Below, in pieces: positions 20,126 to 29,094 of a stretch of DNA of 64,000 nt (positions within the stretch are counted from its first letter, which is position 1; every line of letters starts with the position of its first letter). This DNA is from Deferribacterales bacterium (GTDB lineage Bacteria; Chrysiogenota; Deferribacteres; Deferribacterales; Geovibrionaceae), in NCBI GenBank assembly GCA_050251945.1, contig JBFWLW010000003.1:224001-288000 (forward strand), read 5' to 3'. The translations under genes and the position numbers were made by a program. The notes below the pieces were generated by a model, which saw only the letters and a list, made by a program, of their open reading frames with translations, ran no database searches and was not told the origin of the DNA.

Positions 20126-20623
20126 TTATGCCGCCTTTTTTAATGCCTTCATGGCAGGGCATTTATTATCCACAAAGCTGACCAGAAGCGCCGCACAGAT
20201 ACCCAGCGAAACTTCCACGAACCTGTCGAACCCGATACGCCATGCAACCTCGCTGTGGTGCATCAGCAGGATGATTGCAAAAGTCACGCCGCCGAGCCTG
20301 TATGCGCTCACTGTCAGTTTCATCGCGTAGCAGATCATCCCCATTATGAATATCCCAAGACCGAAATTCAGAGTGTTCACTTCCGGAAAGACGTAGTTGA
20401 AGGCGCCGGCGAAAAGCGCGCCCGTTACCGTTCCGATAAGTCTTTGTTTGGAAGTGTCCCATGACTGACCAAGTGTAGACTGCATCACGATTATAGCTGA
20501 TATTGGCGCCCAGTAATATTCTGCAAGACCCAGCAGTTTTGCCGACGAAAGCGACAGCATCGCAGCAGCCGCAGTCCAGAAGGAGTGTCTCACCCACATG
20601 TTATTCAATAAATTCCTAAGCAT
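20126..20623 (-). CDS. FUSC/aromatic acid exporter-family membrane protein
   Basis: YWAPISAIIVMQ...QRLIGTVTGA...DRFVEVSLGI pattern. Confidence 0.8.
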   Translation of the reverse strand: MLRNLLNNMWVRHSFWTAAAAMLSLSSAKLLGLAEYYWAPISAIIVMQSTLGQSWDTSKQRLIGTVTGALFAGAFNYVFPEVNTLNFGLGIFIMGMICYAMKLTVSAYRLGGVTFAIILLMHHSEVAWRIGFDRFVEVSLGICAALLVSFVDNKCPAMKALKKAA

Positions 20624-20761
20624 TGTCTGTCACCTTTTATGTAATAATAATCATAACCTATACAAAAAATTATTCAATGACCGATGCTTTTTAAGTTTTA
20701 TCTGGATTAATTCATGCAAATTACCTATATATGAAGCTGTATGTAAAAGGAGAGCGGTATT

Positions 20762-22147
20762 ATGTCTGAAAAGATGTGGTCAGGGCGCTTTACACTGCCC
20801 ACCGACAAGTTTGTGGAAGAATTCAACGCATCAATCCACTTTGACAAAAGATTTTATAAATACGATATCAAAGGAAGCCTTGCCCACGCGCGTATGCTGG
20901 GCAGACAGGCCATCATCTCCGAAGCCGACGTTAAGGACATCGAAAGGGGACTGGCGCAGGTTCTGGACGAAATAGAAACAGGCAGGTTTCAATTCCGCAC
21001 GGAAGATGAAGATATCCACATGGCTGTGGAAAAACGTCTCACCGAGATAATCGGTGACGCGGGCAAACGGCTGCACACGGGAAGAAGCAGAAACGATCAG
21101 GTGGCTGTTGACTTCCGAATGTATCTGAAAGCGGAGATTGAAGAGACCATGGCGCTGGTGAAGCACCTGCTTGGCACCATTATAGCCAAGGCAGAGAAAA
21201 ACATTGATGTTTACATGCCCGGATTCACCCACCTTCAGACGGCACAGCCAATACTTTTCTCACAGTACATAATGGCTTATTTCCAAATGCTTAAAAGAGA
21301 CTACGGCAGGTTTGCAGACTGTCTGGAACGTATGGACTACAGCCCTTTGGGTTCCGGCGCTCTGGCAGGGACAACTTTTCCCATAGACAGACATTTCACA
21401 GCGAACGAACTGGGCTTTAAGGCGCCCACAGAAAACACTCTGGATTCAGTCAGTGACAGGGATTTCGCAATCGAATTTCTCTCCGCCTGCGCGATATGCC
21501 AGATGCACCTTTCCAGATTCTCCGAGGAACTGATAATTTATTCCACATCTGAATTCGCTTTTATAGAGCTTTCTGACGACTTCTGCACCGGTTCCAGCAT
21601 CATGCCGCAGAAGAAGAATCCAGACATGCCGGAGCTTATCCGCGGTAAAACAGGAAGAGTTTACGGAAGTCTGATAAGCATGCTTACAACCATGAAAGGT
21701 CTGCCCCTTGCATATAACAAGGACATGCAGGAGGACAAGGAGCCTGTTTTCGACGCTGTGGACACCATAAAAGCATCGCTTAAGATATTCGCACCCATGG
21801 TGGAAAAGATGAAACTGCGCACTCCGAAAATGGAACAGGCGGCAACAGCCGGATATTCCACCGCCACAGACTATGCAGACTACCTTGTGCGCAAAGGCGT
21901 GCCGTTCAGGCAGTCTCACCACATCGTCGGCTCAACTGTGGCATACGCCATACAGAAGGGCGTGGACATAAGCGAACTGACACTTGACGAGTTCAAAAAG
22001 TTTTCGGATGTGATAGAATCAGATATCTATGACGCTATCACCCTGCAGGCGTCAGTTAACGCAAGAAAAGCATATGGCGGCACTGCAAAAACCGCTGTTG
22101 AAACACAGATAAATAACGGGAAAAACTTTTTAAATGAAATACGCTAG
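20762..22147 (+). CDS. argH: Argininosuccinate lyase
   Basis: [31 protein letters not shown] and [10 protein letters not shown] motifs. Confidence 0.98.
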   Translation: MSEKMWSGRFTLPTDKFVEEFNASIHFDKRFYKYDIKGSLAHARMLGRQAIISEADVKDIERGLAQVLDEIETGRFQFRTEDEDIHMAVEKRLTEIIGDAGKRLHTGRSRNDQVAVDFRMYLKAEIEETMALVKHLLGTIIAKAEKNIDVYMPGFTHLQTAQPILFSQYIMAYFQMLKRDYGRFADCLERMDYSPLGSGALAGTTFPIDRHFTANELGFKAPTENTLDSVSDRDFAIEFLSACAICQMHLSRFSEELIIYSTSEFAFIELSDDFCTGSSIMPQKKNPDMPELIRGKTGRVYGSLISMLTTMKGLPLAYNKDMQEDKEPVFDAVDTIKASLKIFAPMVEKMKLRTPKMEQAATAGYSTATDYADYLVRKGVPFRQSHHIVGSTVAYAIQKGVDISELTLDEFKKFSDVIESDIYDAITLQASVNARKAYGGTAKTAVETQINNGKNFLNEIR

Positions 22148-23009
22148 TCTTATTTTAGCTCTTTTTCTGATACTCGCCGGATGCGGAAAGAAAACCAATC
22201 CGGTTCCGAAATCCGCTCTTGCAGACATGACGCCGCCTACGGCTGTATTTGTTTCCGTTGATGATGCGGGTATCCGTATCGACAATCAGGAATCCGATCA
22301 GCTCTTTATCGAAAAAGGCGTTTCAGCGGACGACGAATGTTCTGTTTTCAACTTTTTAAAAGTGATAGATCCGAAATCAGTCTTCATAGACGAAGACGTT
22401 CAGTCCGGATTTAAATACTTTTACAGGCTGCGCAAAAGGTCTGTAAAATACGGCGTACTCTCAGAACCTTACATGGCGAAAGTAGTCTATGCGAAACCTA
22501 TGAAGGTTCAGAGCGCAAAATATACGAAAGAGGGCGGGATTTACCGCGTCTCCATTGAGACCGATGACAAATTCACCCGTTTCGACGTTTATTCCGGCGG
22601 AAAGACCATCGCGCAGACCGGCGGGAAAACGATAACTTTTCCGGAATCTTCTGTCGTTGATAATAAATTCTATCTGATACTGTCCGACTACGACGGTAAC
22701 AGAGGAACACCGTACACAATTGAGATACCTGTGCAGAAGGTGCTTAATCCGCCTCTGCCCGTTACAACTATTTCCGTGCTGAACATCGGAGCCGACACTC
22801 GCATCGTCTGGAGCGATTCCGAAGGCGCGGAAACATATAATGTTAAAGCGTGTGAAAATGTTTCATGTGAAACGTTTTCCACACAAAACACATCCGTGGC
22901 ATACCAAAAGACGATCAAAAGCTGTCTGGACATAACAGTTACCGCCGTGAATGCAGACGGCGAGTCCGCACCGACAAAGATACGCTACTGCAAACCGGAA
23001 GAGGAATAA
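22134..23009 (+). CDS. Lipoprotein with fibronectin-III-like beta domains
   Basis: Lipobox [19 protein letters not shown]3-like end; overlaps argH and der. Confidence 0.75.
   Translation: MKYASLILALFLILAGCGKKTNPVPKSALADMTPPTAVFVSVDDAGIRIDNQESDQLFIEKGVSADDECSVFNFLKVIDPKSVFIDEDVQSGFKYFYRLRKRSVKYGVLSEPYMAKVVYAKPMKVQSAKYTKEGGIYRVSIETDDKFTRFDVYSGGKTIAQTGGKTITFPESSVVDNKFYLILSDYDGNRGTPYTIEIPVQKVLNPPLPVTTISVLNIGADTRIVWSDSEGAETYNVKACENVSCETFSTQNTSVAYQKTIKSCLDITVTAVNADGESAPTKIRYCKPEEE
22859..22874. promoter_or_regulatory. parS-like site (2 mismatches) inside the lipoprotein gene
   Basis: TGTTTCATGTGAAACG versus consensus TGTTTCACGTGAAACA. Confidence 0.55.
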
Positions 23010-24349
23010 TGTTTACCATAGGAATCATAGGACGCCCGAACGTGGGCAAATCCACACTGTTTAACAGACTGGCGGGAAAAAAAATTGCAATCGTTGACGA
23101 TATGCCCGGCGTTACCCGCGACAGAATAGAATTCGTTGCAGAATGGGACGGATACAGGTTCACCATAGTGGACACAGCCGGATTTGACCTTAAAGAAGAA
23201 TTGCTTAAAAAAGAAATGCAGGCTCAGTTCATGATCAACCTGAGCGAAGCCGACTACTTTATCCTTATGACAGACGGCGTTGAAGGAGTACATCCCCTTG
23301 ACGAAATAGTCATCGACCTGCTCCGCCAGACAGGCAAACCATATCAGGTTGTTGTCAACAAAGTAGACAGCGATGCAAAAGAAATTCTCACATACGACTT
23401 TTTCCGTCTCGGCGTGGACGAGATAATCGGTATCAGCGCCACTCACGGGCGGAATGTTGATGTGCTGCTTGATAAAATAGTTGAGCAGATACCTGAAGAC
23501 CATGACAAAACAGACCCCTACGAAGGCAGAATAAAGCTTATCGTGACAGGAAGACCTAACGTCGGCAAATCCAGCATGATCAACAAGTGGCTGGGACAGA
23601 ACAGACTTATCGTCACCCCCGTCCCCGGCACAACAAGGGACGCTGTTGACACCTTCTTTGAATATAATGATCAGAAATACGTCCTCATCGACACGGCGGG
23701 GATCCGTAAAAAGAAGATAATGTTCAAGGACAAGATAGAGAAATACGGCTATCACCGCTGGGAAGATGCCGTTGAGCGCGCGGATATCGCCGTGTGTATC
23801 ATAGACGCAAACGAAGGACTGACTGACAGAGACGTTAAGGTAATAGCGGACAACTGGGAAGCGGGTAGACCCGTTATCCTTGTTGCGAACAAATGGGATC
23901 TTATAGAAAGCAAGGACGAACGTGCCAAGGAATTCCTTAAGGATATTGACCATCACCTTCAGTTTCTGAATAAACCTTCGCTGATTTACACTTCAACTCT
24001 GACAAGTAAGAACATCTTTAAGGTGTTCGACGCTGCGAAAGAGCTTTATAAGGAATACAGCAAACGTATCTCCACCCACAAGCTTCAGGAGGTATTGCAG
24101 GAAGCCGTACAGCGCCACCAGCCGCCTGTGACACGCAACAGAAGGGTGAAGTTCTACTTCATCACTCAGGTTTCCACCTGTCCTCCGGAATTCGTGGTAT
24201 TCGTTAACTATCCTGACGCGGTGCATTTCTCTTACCAGCGATTCATAGTGAATATCATCCGCGCACACCACAGCTTTGACGGTGTACCTATCAAGATACA
24301 CTTCCGCCAGCGCGGCGAATCCAAAAACACTCCAATACCTGAATATTAG
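23009..24349 (+). CDS. der: Ribosome biogenesis GTPase Der (EngA)
   Basis: Two GRPNVGKS/DTAG/NKxD G domains and a KH-like C-terminus. Confidence 0.97.
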   Translation: MFTIGIIGRPNVGKSTLFNRLAGKKIAIVDDMPGVTRDRIEFVAEWDGYRFTIVDTAGFDLKEELLKKEMQAQFMINLSEADYFILMTDGVEGVHPLDEIVIDLLRQTGKPYQVVVNKVDSDAKEILTYDFFRLGVDEIIGISATHGRNVDVLLDKIVEQIPEDHDKTDPYEGRIKLIVTGRPNVGKSSMINKWLGQNRLIVTPVPGTTRDAVDTFFEYNDQKYVLIDTAGIRKKKIMFKDKIEKYGYHRWEDAVERADIAVCIIDANEGLTDRDVKVIADNWEAGRPVILVANKWDLIESKDERAKEFLKDIDHHLQFLNKPSLIYTSTLTSKNIFKVFDAAKELYKEYSKRISTHKLQEVLQEAVQRHQPPVTRNRRVKFYFITQVSTCPPEFVVFVNYPDAVHFSYQRFIVNIIRAHHSFDGVPIKIHFRQRGESKNTPIPEY

Positions 24350-24373
24350 TAAAAGGACAGCTTCGGCTGCCAT

Positions 24374-24610
24374 CAGGTTGTTGACAAACTGGATTTTACG
24401 GTCCTATCTCCCCCTTTAGAAAAGGGGGAATAAGGAGGATTTTGATTAAACATCAATCAAATCCACCCCAACCCTCCTTTTGCTAAAGAGGGAGAAATAT
24501 GGAAATTAGACTGCTTCGGGTTAAAACCCTCGCAGAAACTTTTTTTTGTCTTCGCGAGGAACACATGCGACGACGCGATCCAGCATTTTCCTGACTTTGT
24601 CATCAGTCTG
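24374..24610 (+). mobile_element. MITE copy C, long form (~237 bp), with 17-bp target duplication
   Basis: GGACAGCTTCGGCTGCC at 24355-24371 and GGGCAGCTTCGGCTGCC at 24611-24627; ends CAGGTTGTTGACAAAC/ACTTTGTCATCAGTCTG. Confidence 0.9.
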
Positions 24611-24839
24611 GGGCAGCTTCGGCTGCCTTTTATTTTTACTCATTATTTCAATTCTGTCGTCTGAAAATAATATTCAGCCATGAGCAAATGCTGATTTTTC
24701 ACTGAGAAAAGCCACATTTTGCAGATTATTCTGGAAATATTGCGCCAGTTGTAATATAAGTCAAAACCTATACCCTCGTTTTTGCGTCGCAACAAAAAAG
24801 AGGCAGGCGTAAGCCAAATACTTATTTAGAAGGTGTTAT

Positions 24840-26150
24840 ATGCGTTATGACCTGGCCAAAAGCGGAAACGGCCTGACCTATGAGATCCGCAATATTGTCA
24901 ATGTTGCTAAGATCCTTGAGCAGCACGGCGTCGAAATCTGTTACGAGAATATCGGCGACCCGGTTGCAAAAGGCGAGATCATCCCCGACTGGATGAAAGA
25001 TACCATCGCTGATCTTGTCAGAAACAACAACATGACCTTTGCCTACTGCCCCACAAAAGGCGATTACGACGTCCGCGAATTTCTCGCGGAACGCACAAAC
25101 GCCAGAGGCGGAGTGCAGATTACAAAAGACGACATCATTTTTTTCAACGGACTTGGCGACGCAATAGCACGAGCGTATAGCTCAATCAGAGTGGATGCAA
25201 GGGTGATGCTGCCTGAGCCGACCTACTCAACACACCTTCTGGCGGAAGTTCTCCACGCATCATTTCCGCCCAACACGTACAGAATGAACCCTTATAACAA
25301 CTGGGCTCCCGATCTCAACGAGCTTGAGAAAAAAGTGGAAAGCCACAAATCTATAGTGGGTATTCTGGTCATAAACCCCGACAACCCCACAGGGTATGTC
25401 CACACTGAGGACGACCTGCGCAGGATCGTCAATATGGCAAAAGAACACGACCTGATGCTTATCTTTGACGAAATATACCTTAACATGGTCTATAACGGTA
25501 AGAAGACCATAGCCCTTTCCGACATAATCGGAGACGTTCCGGGCATCGCCATGAAGGGAATATCAAAAGAGTTCCCCTGGCCGGGCGCACGCTGCGGCTG
25601 GATGGAAATTTACAATGCAGACAAGGACGAAGCCTTCAAACGCTTCACAAACGCTATACTGAACCAGAAAATGGCTGAGGTCTGCTCAACGACTCTGCCC
25701 CAGATGTCCATTCCCCACATAATGACACATCCGATGTACACAACGTATCTGAACGAAAGGCTCAAACACTATGAAAAGCTGTCCAACATCGCATACAACA
25801 TGCTGAAAGACTGCCCATATGTGGTCGTTAACCGCTCAAACGGCGCTTTCTACATGTCTGTTGTGTTTAATGAAGCTGTTCTGAACAAAAACCAGAAGCT
25901 GAACATCGAAATTAAAGAGGTGCGCGACATCGTTGATAAGATGTGCGAGGACAAAATGAGCCACGACAAGCGCTTCGTATATTATCTGCTTGGTGCAACA
26001 GGCATTTGTGTGGTTCCGCTTACTTCGTTCTTTACATCTATCCCCGGATTCCGTATGACTCTGCTTGAAAAGAACGTTGAAAAATTTGAGCAAACCGTAA
26101 CCACCATCAAAGAAAAAATAGCGGAATACGTCGAATCAGGAAGCTGTTAA
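24840..26150 (+). CDS. Class I/II PLP-dependent aminotransferase (AlaA-like)
   Basis: ENIGDP, INPDNPTG, FDEIY and GISKEFPWPGARCGW motifs. Confidence 0.9.
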   Translation: MRYDLAKSGNGLTYEIRNIVNVAKILEQHGVEICYENIGDPVAKGEIIPDWMKDTIADLVRNNNMTFAYCPTKGDYDVREFLAERTNARGGVQITKDDIIFFNGLGDAIARAYSSIRVDARVMLPEPTYSTHLLAEVLHASFPPNTYRMNPYNNWAPDLNELEKKVESHKSIVGILVINPDNPTGYVHTEDDLRRIVNMAKEHDLMLIFDEIYLNMVYNGKKTIALSDIIGDVPGIAMKGISKEFPWPGARCGWMEIYNADKDEAFKRFTNAILNQKMAEVCSTTLPQMSIPHIMTHPMYTTYLNERLKHYEKLSNIAYNMLKDCPYVVVNRSNGAFYMSVVFNEAVLNKNQKLNIEIKEVRDIVDKMCEDKMSHDKRFVYYLLGATGICVVPLTSFFTSIPGFRMTLLEKNVEKFEQTVTTIKEKIAEYVESGSC

Positions 26151-26177
26151 ACAATTAAGGGAGCCTTTCGGCTCCCT

Positions 26178-26318
26178 CAGGTTGTTGACAAACTAAATTT
26201 ACACAGACTCGCATTAGACTGCTTCGGGTTAAAAACCCTCGCAGAGACGTTTTTTTGTCTTCGCGAGGAACGCATGCGACGACGCGATCTCGCATTTTAC
26301 TGGCTTTTCATCAGTTTA
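26178..26318 (+). mobile_element. MITE copy D, short form (~141 bp); its right-hand target duplicate is split by IS3
   Basis: AGGGAGCCTTTCGGCTCCCT at 26158-26177; second copy is 26319-26330 plus 27749-27756. Confidence 0.88.
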
Positions 26319-26425
26319 AGGGAGCCTTTCTGAACTGTCCCCCAAAAATTGGACACAAATAAAAAGAGCCCTTTAGCGCAAGCTAAGGGGCTTTTTTCGT
26401 GTAAACTAATTTAAAGGAGCAGCCA

Positions 26426-26812
26426 ATGAGACAAAGAGAATTTACACCAGACGAACGTCAGTCTTTGGAAAGTAACCCGAATGTACTCAAGGTAGGCAAC
26501 AGCAACATCACCTACACAGCAGATTTCCGTCAACATGCCTTAAATTGTTATTATGACGGAGAACCACCCAGAAAAATCTTCAAACAGGCAGGGATAGATA
26601 TATCCATCTTCCCCGAAGGTTACCCTGAATCCACCATAAGCCGATGGCACAACGCCGAGAAGAAACCACATAAAAGCTCTCGTAAATCAGGTAGTGGACG
26701 CCCCAAGAAGACCAGTAACATGACTACAGAGGAGATGGAGGCAAGAATAGCCTATCTTGAAGCGGAGAACGATTTCCTAAAAAAGCTACGTGCCTTGGAG
26801 AGAGGCGAATAA
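26426..26812 (+). CDS. IS3 OrfA
   Basis: HTH-like region, SGRPKK, RIAYLEAENDFLKKL zipper; A6G slippery site at 26779-26785. Confidence 0.92.
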   Translation: MRQREFTPDERQSLESNPNVLKVGNSNITYTADFRQHALNCYYDGEPPRKIFKQAGIDISIFPEGYPESTISRWHNAEKKPHKSSRKSGSGRPKKTSNMTTEEMEARIAYLEAENDFLKKLRALERGE

Positions 26813-26886
26813 GACCACAATCTAAATATGGACTGATATCCGAGGCATTAAATAAGAGTAATAACCTGTCAGTATCGCTTCTTTGT

Positions 26887-27699
26887 ATGTGTGCCGCAGT
26901 CAGTCGCAGCGGATATTACTACTGGCAGAAGCACGAAGGGGAAGCTGCTCTTCGTGATTTGGAAGCATTGAGATTAGTTCGGTCTGTCCATAAGAGATTT
27001 CATGGCAAAGCAGGTATCCGGACAATCCGTATGTATCTTGAGTTTAAGTACGGAGTGGTGATGAATCTAAAAAAGATATCCTGCATAAAAAAGACTTACG
27101 GGATAGATACTAAGATACGACGTAAAAACAAGTATAATACCTTTAATCATGCTGTGCATGAGAACGAGACCTCTCCCAATCTTGTGGACAGAATATTTAA
27201 TGTTGTAGAACCGGACAGAGTGTACTCAACAGATATAACATACCTTCCCTATTATGGCGGTAAGCAGGCATATTTATCAGCAACTAAAGATTTATGCAGC
27301 AGGGAGATAGTGCATTACAATGTCAGCCGTAATATCAGAACAGACCTTGCGTGTGAAGGTCTTTGCGATGTATTTAAGAAATTACCTGATGCTGTCAGAA
27401 GTAACCTGATTATCCATTCGGATCAGGGAGGTCATTACAGGAGCAAAGAGTTCAGGAGTCTTTTAAATGAGTACGGCATAAAGCAGTCGATGTCCAGAAG
27501 AGGTAATTGTCTGGATAACGCACCGATCGAAAGTTTCTTCGGTCACATGAAAGACGAGATAGAGCTTGGAAAATGCATCAGCTTCGATGATGTAAAAGAG
27601 ATGGTAAGTAAATATATCCGTTTCTATAATGAAGAGAGATACCAATGGACATTAAAAAAGATGACGCCGATTGAATACCGACGTCATCTTGATACTTGA
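26887..27699 (+). CDS. IS3 OrfB DDE transposase, expressed as OrfAB by -1 frameshift
   Basis: TDITY, HSDQGGHY, SRRGNCLDNAPIESFF motifs; the -1 frame is open from the A6G site. Confidence 0.95.
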   Translation: MCAAVSRSGYYYWQKHEGEAALRDLEALRLVRSVHKRFHGKAGIRTIRMYLEFKYGVVMNLKKISCIKKTYGIDTKIRRKNKYNTFNHAVHENETSPNLVDRIFNVVEPDRVYSTDITYLPYYGGKQAYLSATKDLCSREIVHYNVSRNIRTDLACEGLCDVFKKLPDAVRSNLIIHSDQGGHYRSKEFRSLLNEYGIKQSMSRRGNCLDNAPIESFFGHMKDEIELGKCISFDDVKEMVSKYIRFYNEERYQWTLKKMTPIEYRRHLDT

Positions 27700-27760
27700 A
27701 AACTTAAAGGGCTTTTTTACTGTCCGAAAAACAGGGGACAGTTCATTCGGCTCCCTTTTT

Positions 27761-29026
27761 TTATTCAGATACTGTATTTCTGCCCTTTGCTTTCGCGCGG
27801 AACAATGCGCTGTCAGCCGCCTTTAAGAACGCTTCCGCATCCTCGCCGTTGAACTGCACAACACCGAAACTGCACGTCGCCTCGCCGATATTCGCAAACT
27901 CATGACCTGATATACCGAGCCTGAGTTTCTCAGCAAGCTTCATTGCACCCTCCAGACCGACCTCAGGCGTGAGTATCAGAAACTCCTCTCCGCCGTATCT
28001 GGCAAATACGTCAGTCGTTCTGACATTTGCACCCACGAGCGAGGCAAGTTCCTTTAAAAGCCCGTCGCATGCCTGCTGACCGAACCTCTCGTTCATATCG
28101 CAGAATTTATCTATGTCAAACATGATGAGCGCCAGGCTGCCTTCATAGCGGCGGCTTCTGATTATTTCCCTGTTAAGTTCATCTAAAAATTTCTGTCTGT
28201 TGTATATATCCGTAAGGGGATCCTTCATCGCAAGGTTATGGAAGAACCGTTTCTGGGACTCCATCACCGTTACGTCTATGAATGAGATAGCGAACCCGTC
28301 CTCTTCCTCTATCCTTGTGACCCTTGCGATATAGGTCTTAGCATCACTTTTCATCATATCGCTGCGGATAAGGCTTACGATGGTTTCATATCCGTCCAGC
28401 CAGCGAACTCTTTTAAGCCAGACAGAAAAAGGCACCGTAGTGTCGTTCCTGCGATTTTCCACAACTTCAACATTCGCCATGCCCTCTGTGCAGACAACTG
28501 AACTGACGCCGAAAAAGTCGAGCAGTGATGAGTTCATATATGTTACAGTTTCGCCGTAACCCGCCATATACATTTCTCTGGAAGTGTCCAATATCCGTGT
28601 CAGAAGATTTCTGTTGCGCTCCACAGCCTTCTGCCTGTTTATCTTTTCCGCAGCGAGAGCTATATTTCGCTTCATTGTGCGCAAGTTGACAGGTTTCAGG
28701 AGATAACACTCAACATTGGCATCCAATGACCCCAGAAGAGTCTTTTCATCCTTGTTTCCGCTTATCATCATTACAGGTGTATCGTGGTTTATCTCTTTGA
28801 TTCGTCTGGTGAGCTCAACACCATCGGAGAAGGGGAGGACTGCCTCGGTTATCACAAGATCGGGGCGATGTGTTTTGAAATAATCAAGCGCATCTTCCGC
28901 CGTAGACATAACCGTCAGGCTTTTAAGAGAATTTTCAAACGTGAACCTCATCGCTTCCGCAGTTTCGGAGTTATCGTCGACATAAAGGACTGTTAATTCA
29001 CGAAAAAGATGTGTTTTGAGATGCAT
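27761..29026 (-). CDS. Receiver-domain diguanylate cyclase
   Basis: N-terminal REC; DPLTDIYNR, DIDKF, RTTD I-site and RYGGEEF motifs. Confidence 0.92.
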   Translation of the reverse strand: MHLKTHLFRELTVLYVDDNSETAEAMRFTFENSLKSLTVMSTAEDALDYFKTHRPDLVITEAVLPFSDGVELTRRIKEINHDTPVMMISGNKDEKTLLGSLDANVECYLLKPVNLRTMKRNIALAAEKINRQKAVERNRNLLTRILDTSREMYMAGYGETVTYMNSSLLDFFGVSSVVCTEGMANVEVVENRRNDTTVPFSVWLKRVRWLDGYETIVSLIRSDMMKSDAKTYIARVTRIEEEDGFAISFIDVTVMESQKRFFHNLAMKDPLTDIYNRQKFLDELNREIIRSRRYEGSLALIMFDIDKFCDMNERFGQQACDGLLKELASLVGANVRTTDVFARYGGEEFLILTPEVGLEGAMKLAEKLRLGISGHEFANIGEATCSFGVVQFNGEDAEAFLKAADSALFRAKAKGRNTVSE

Positions 29027-29094
29027 TGCCGGACCTCTGGAGGCTCTTTAAAAACAAAGTATACCACTAATTACACAGTTGGCAAATTTATTTG

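Larger units (their letters stand above)
26331..27745 (+). mobile_element. IS3-family insertion sequence (1415 bp, probably IS150 group)
   Basis: TG...CA ends, IRs TGAACTGTCCCC-N8-GGACA, 3-bp DR TTC (26328-26330 and 27746-27748), orfA/orfB. Confidence 0.96.

Noticed and set aside
20166..20174. Perfect DnaA box inside the FUSC gene
   Set aside because: Isolated 9-mer in coding sequence, compatible with chance
24774..24816. Hairpins in the aminotransferase leader as a riboswitch
   Set aside because: Weak imperfect stem and no recognisable aptamer consensus
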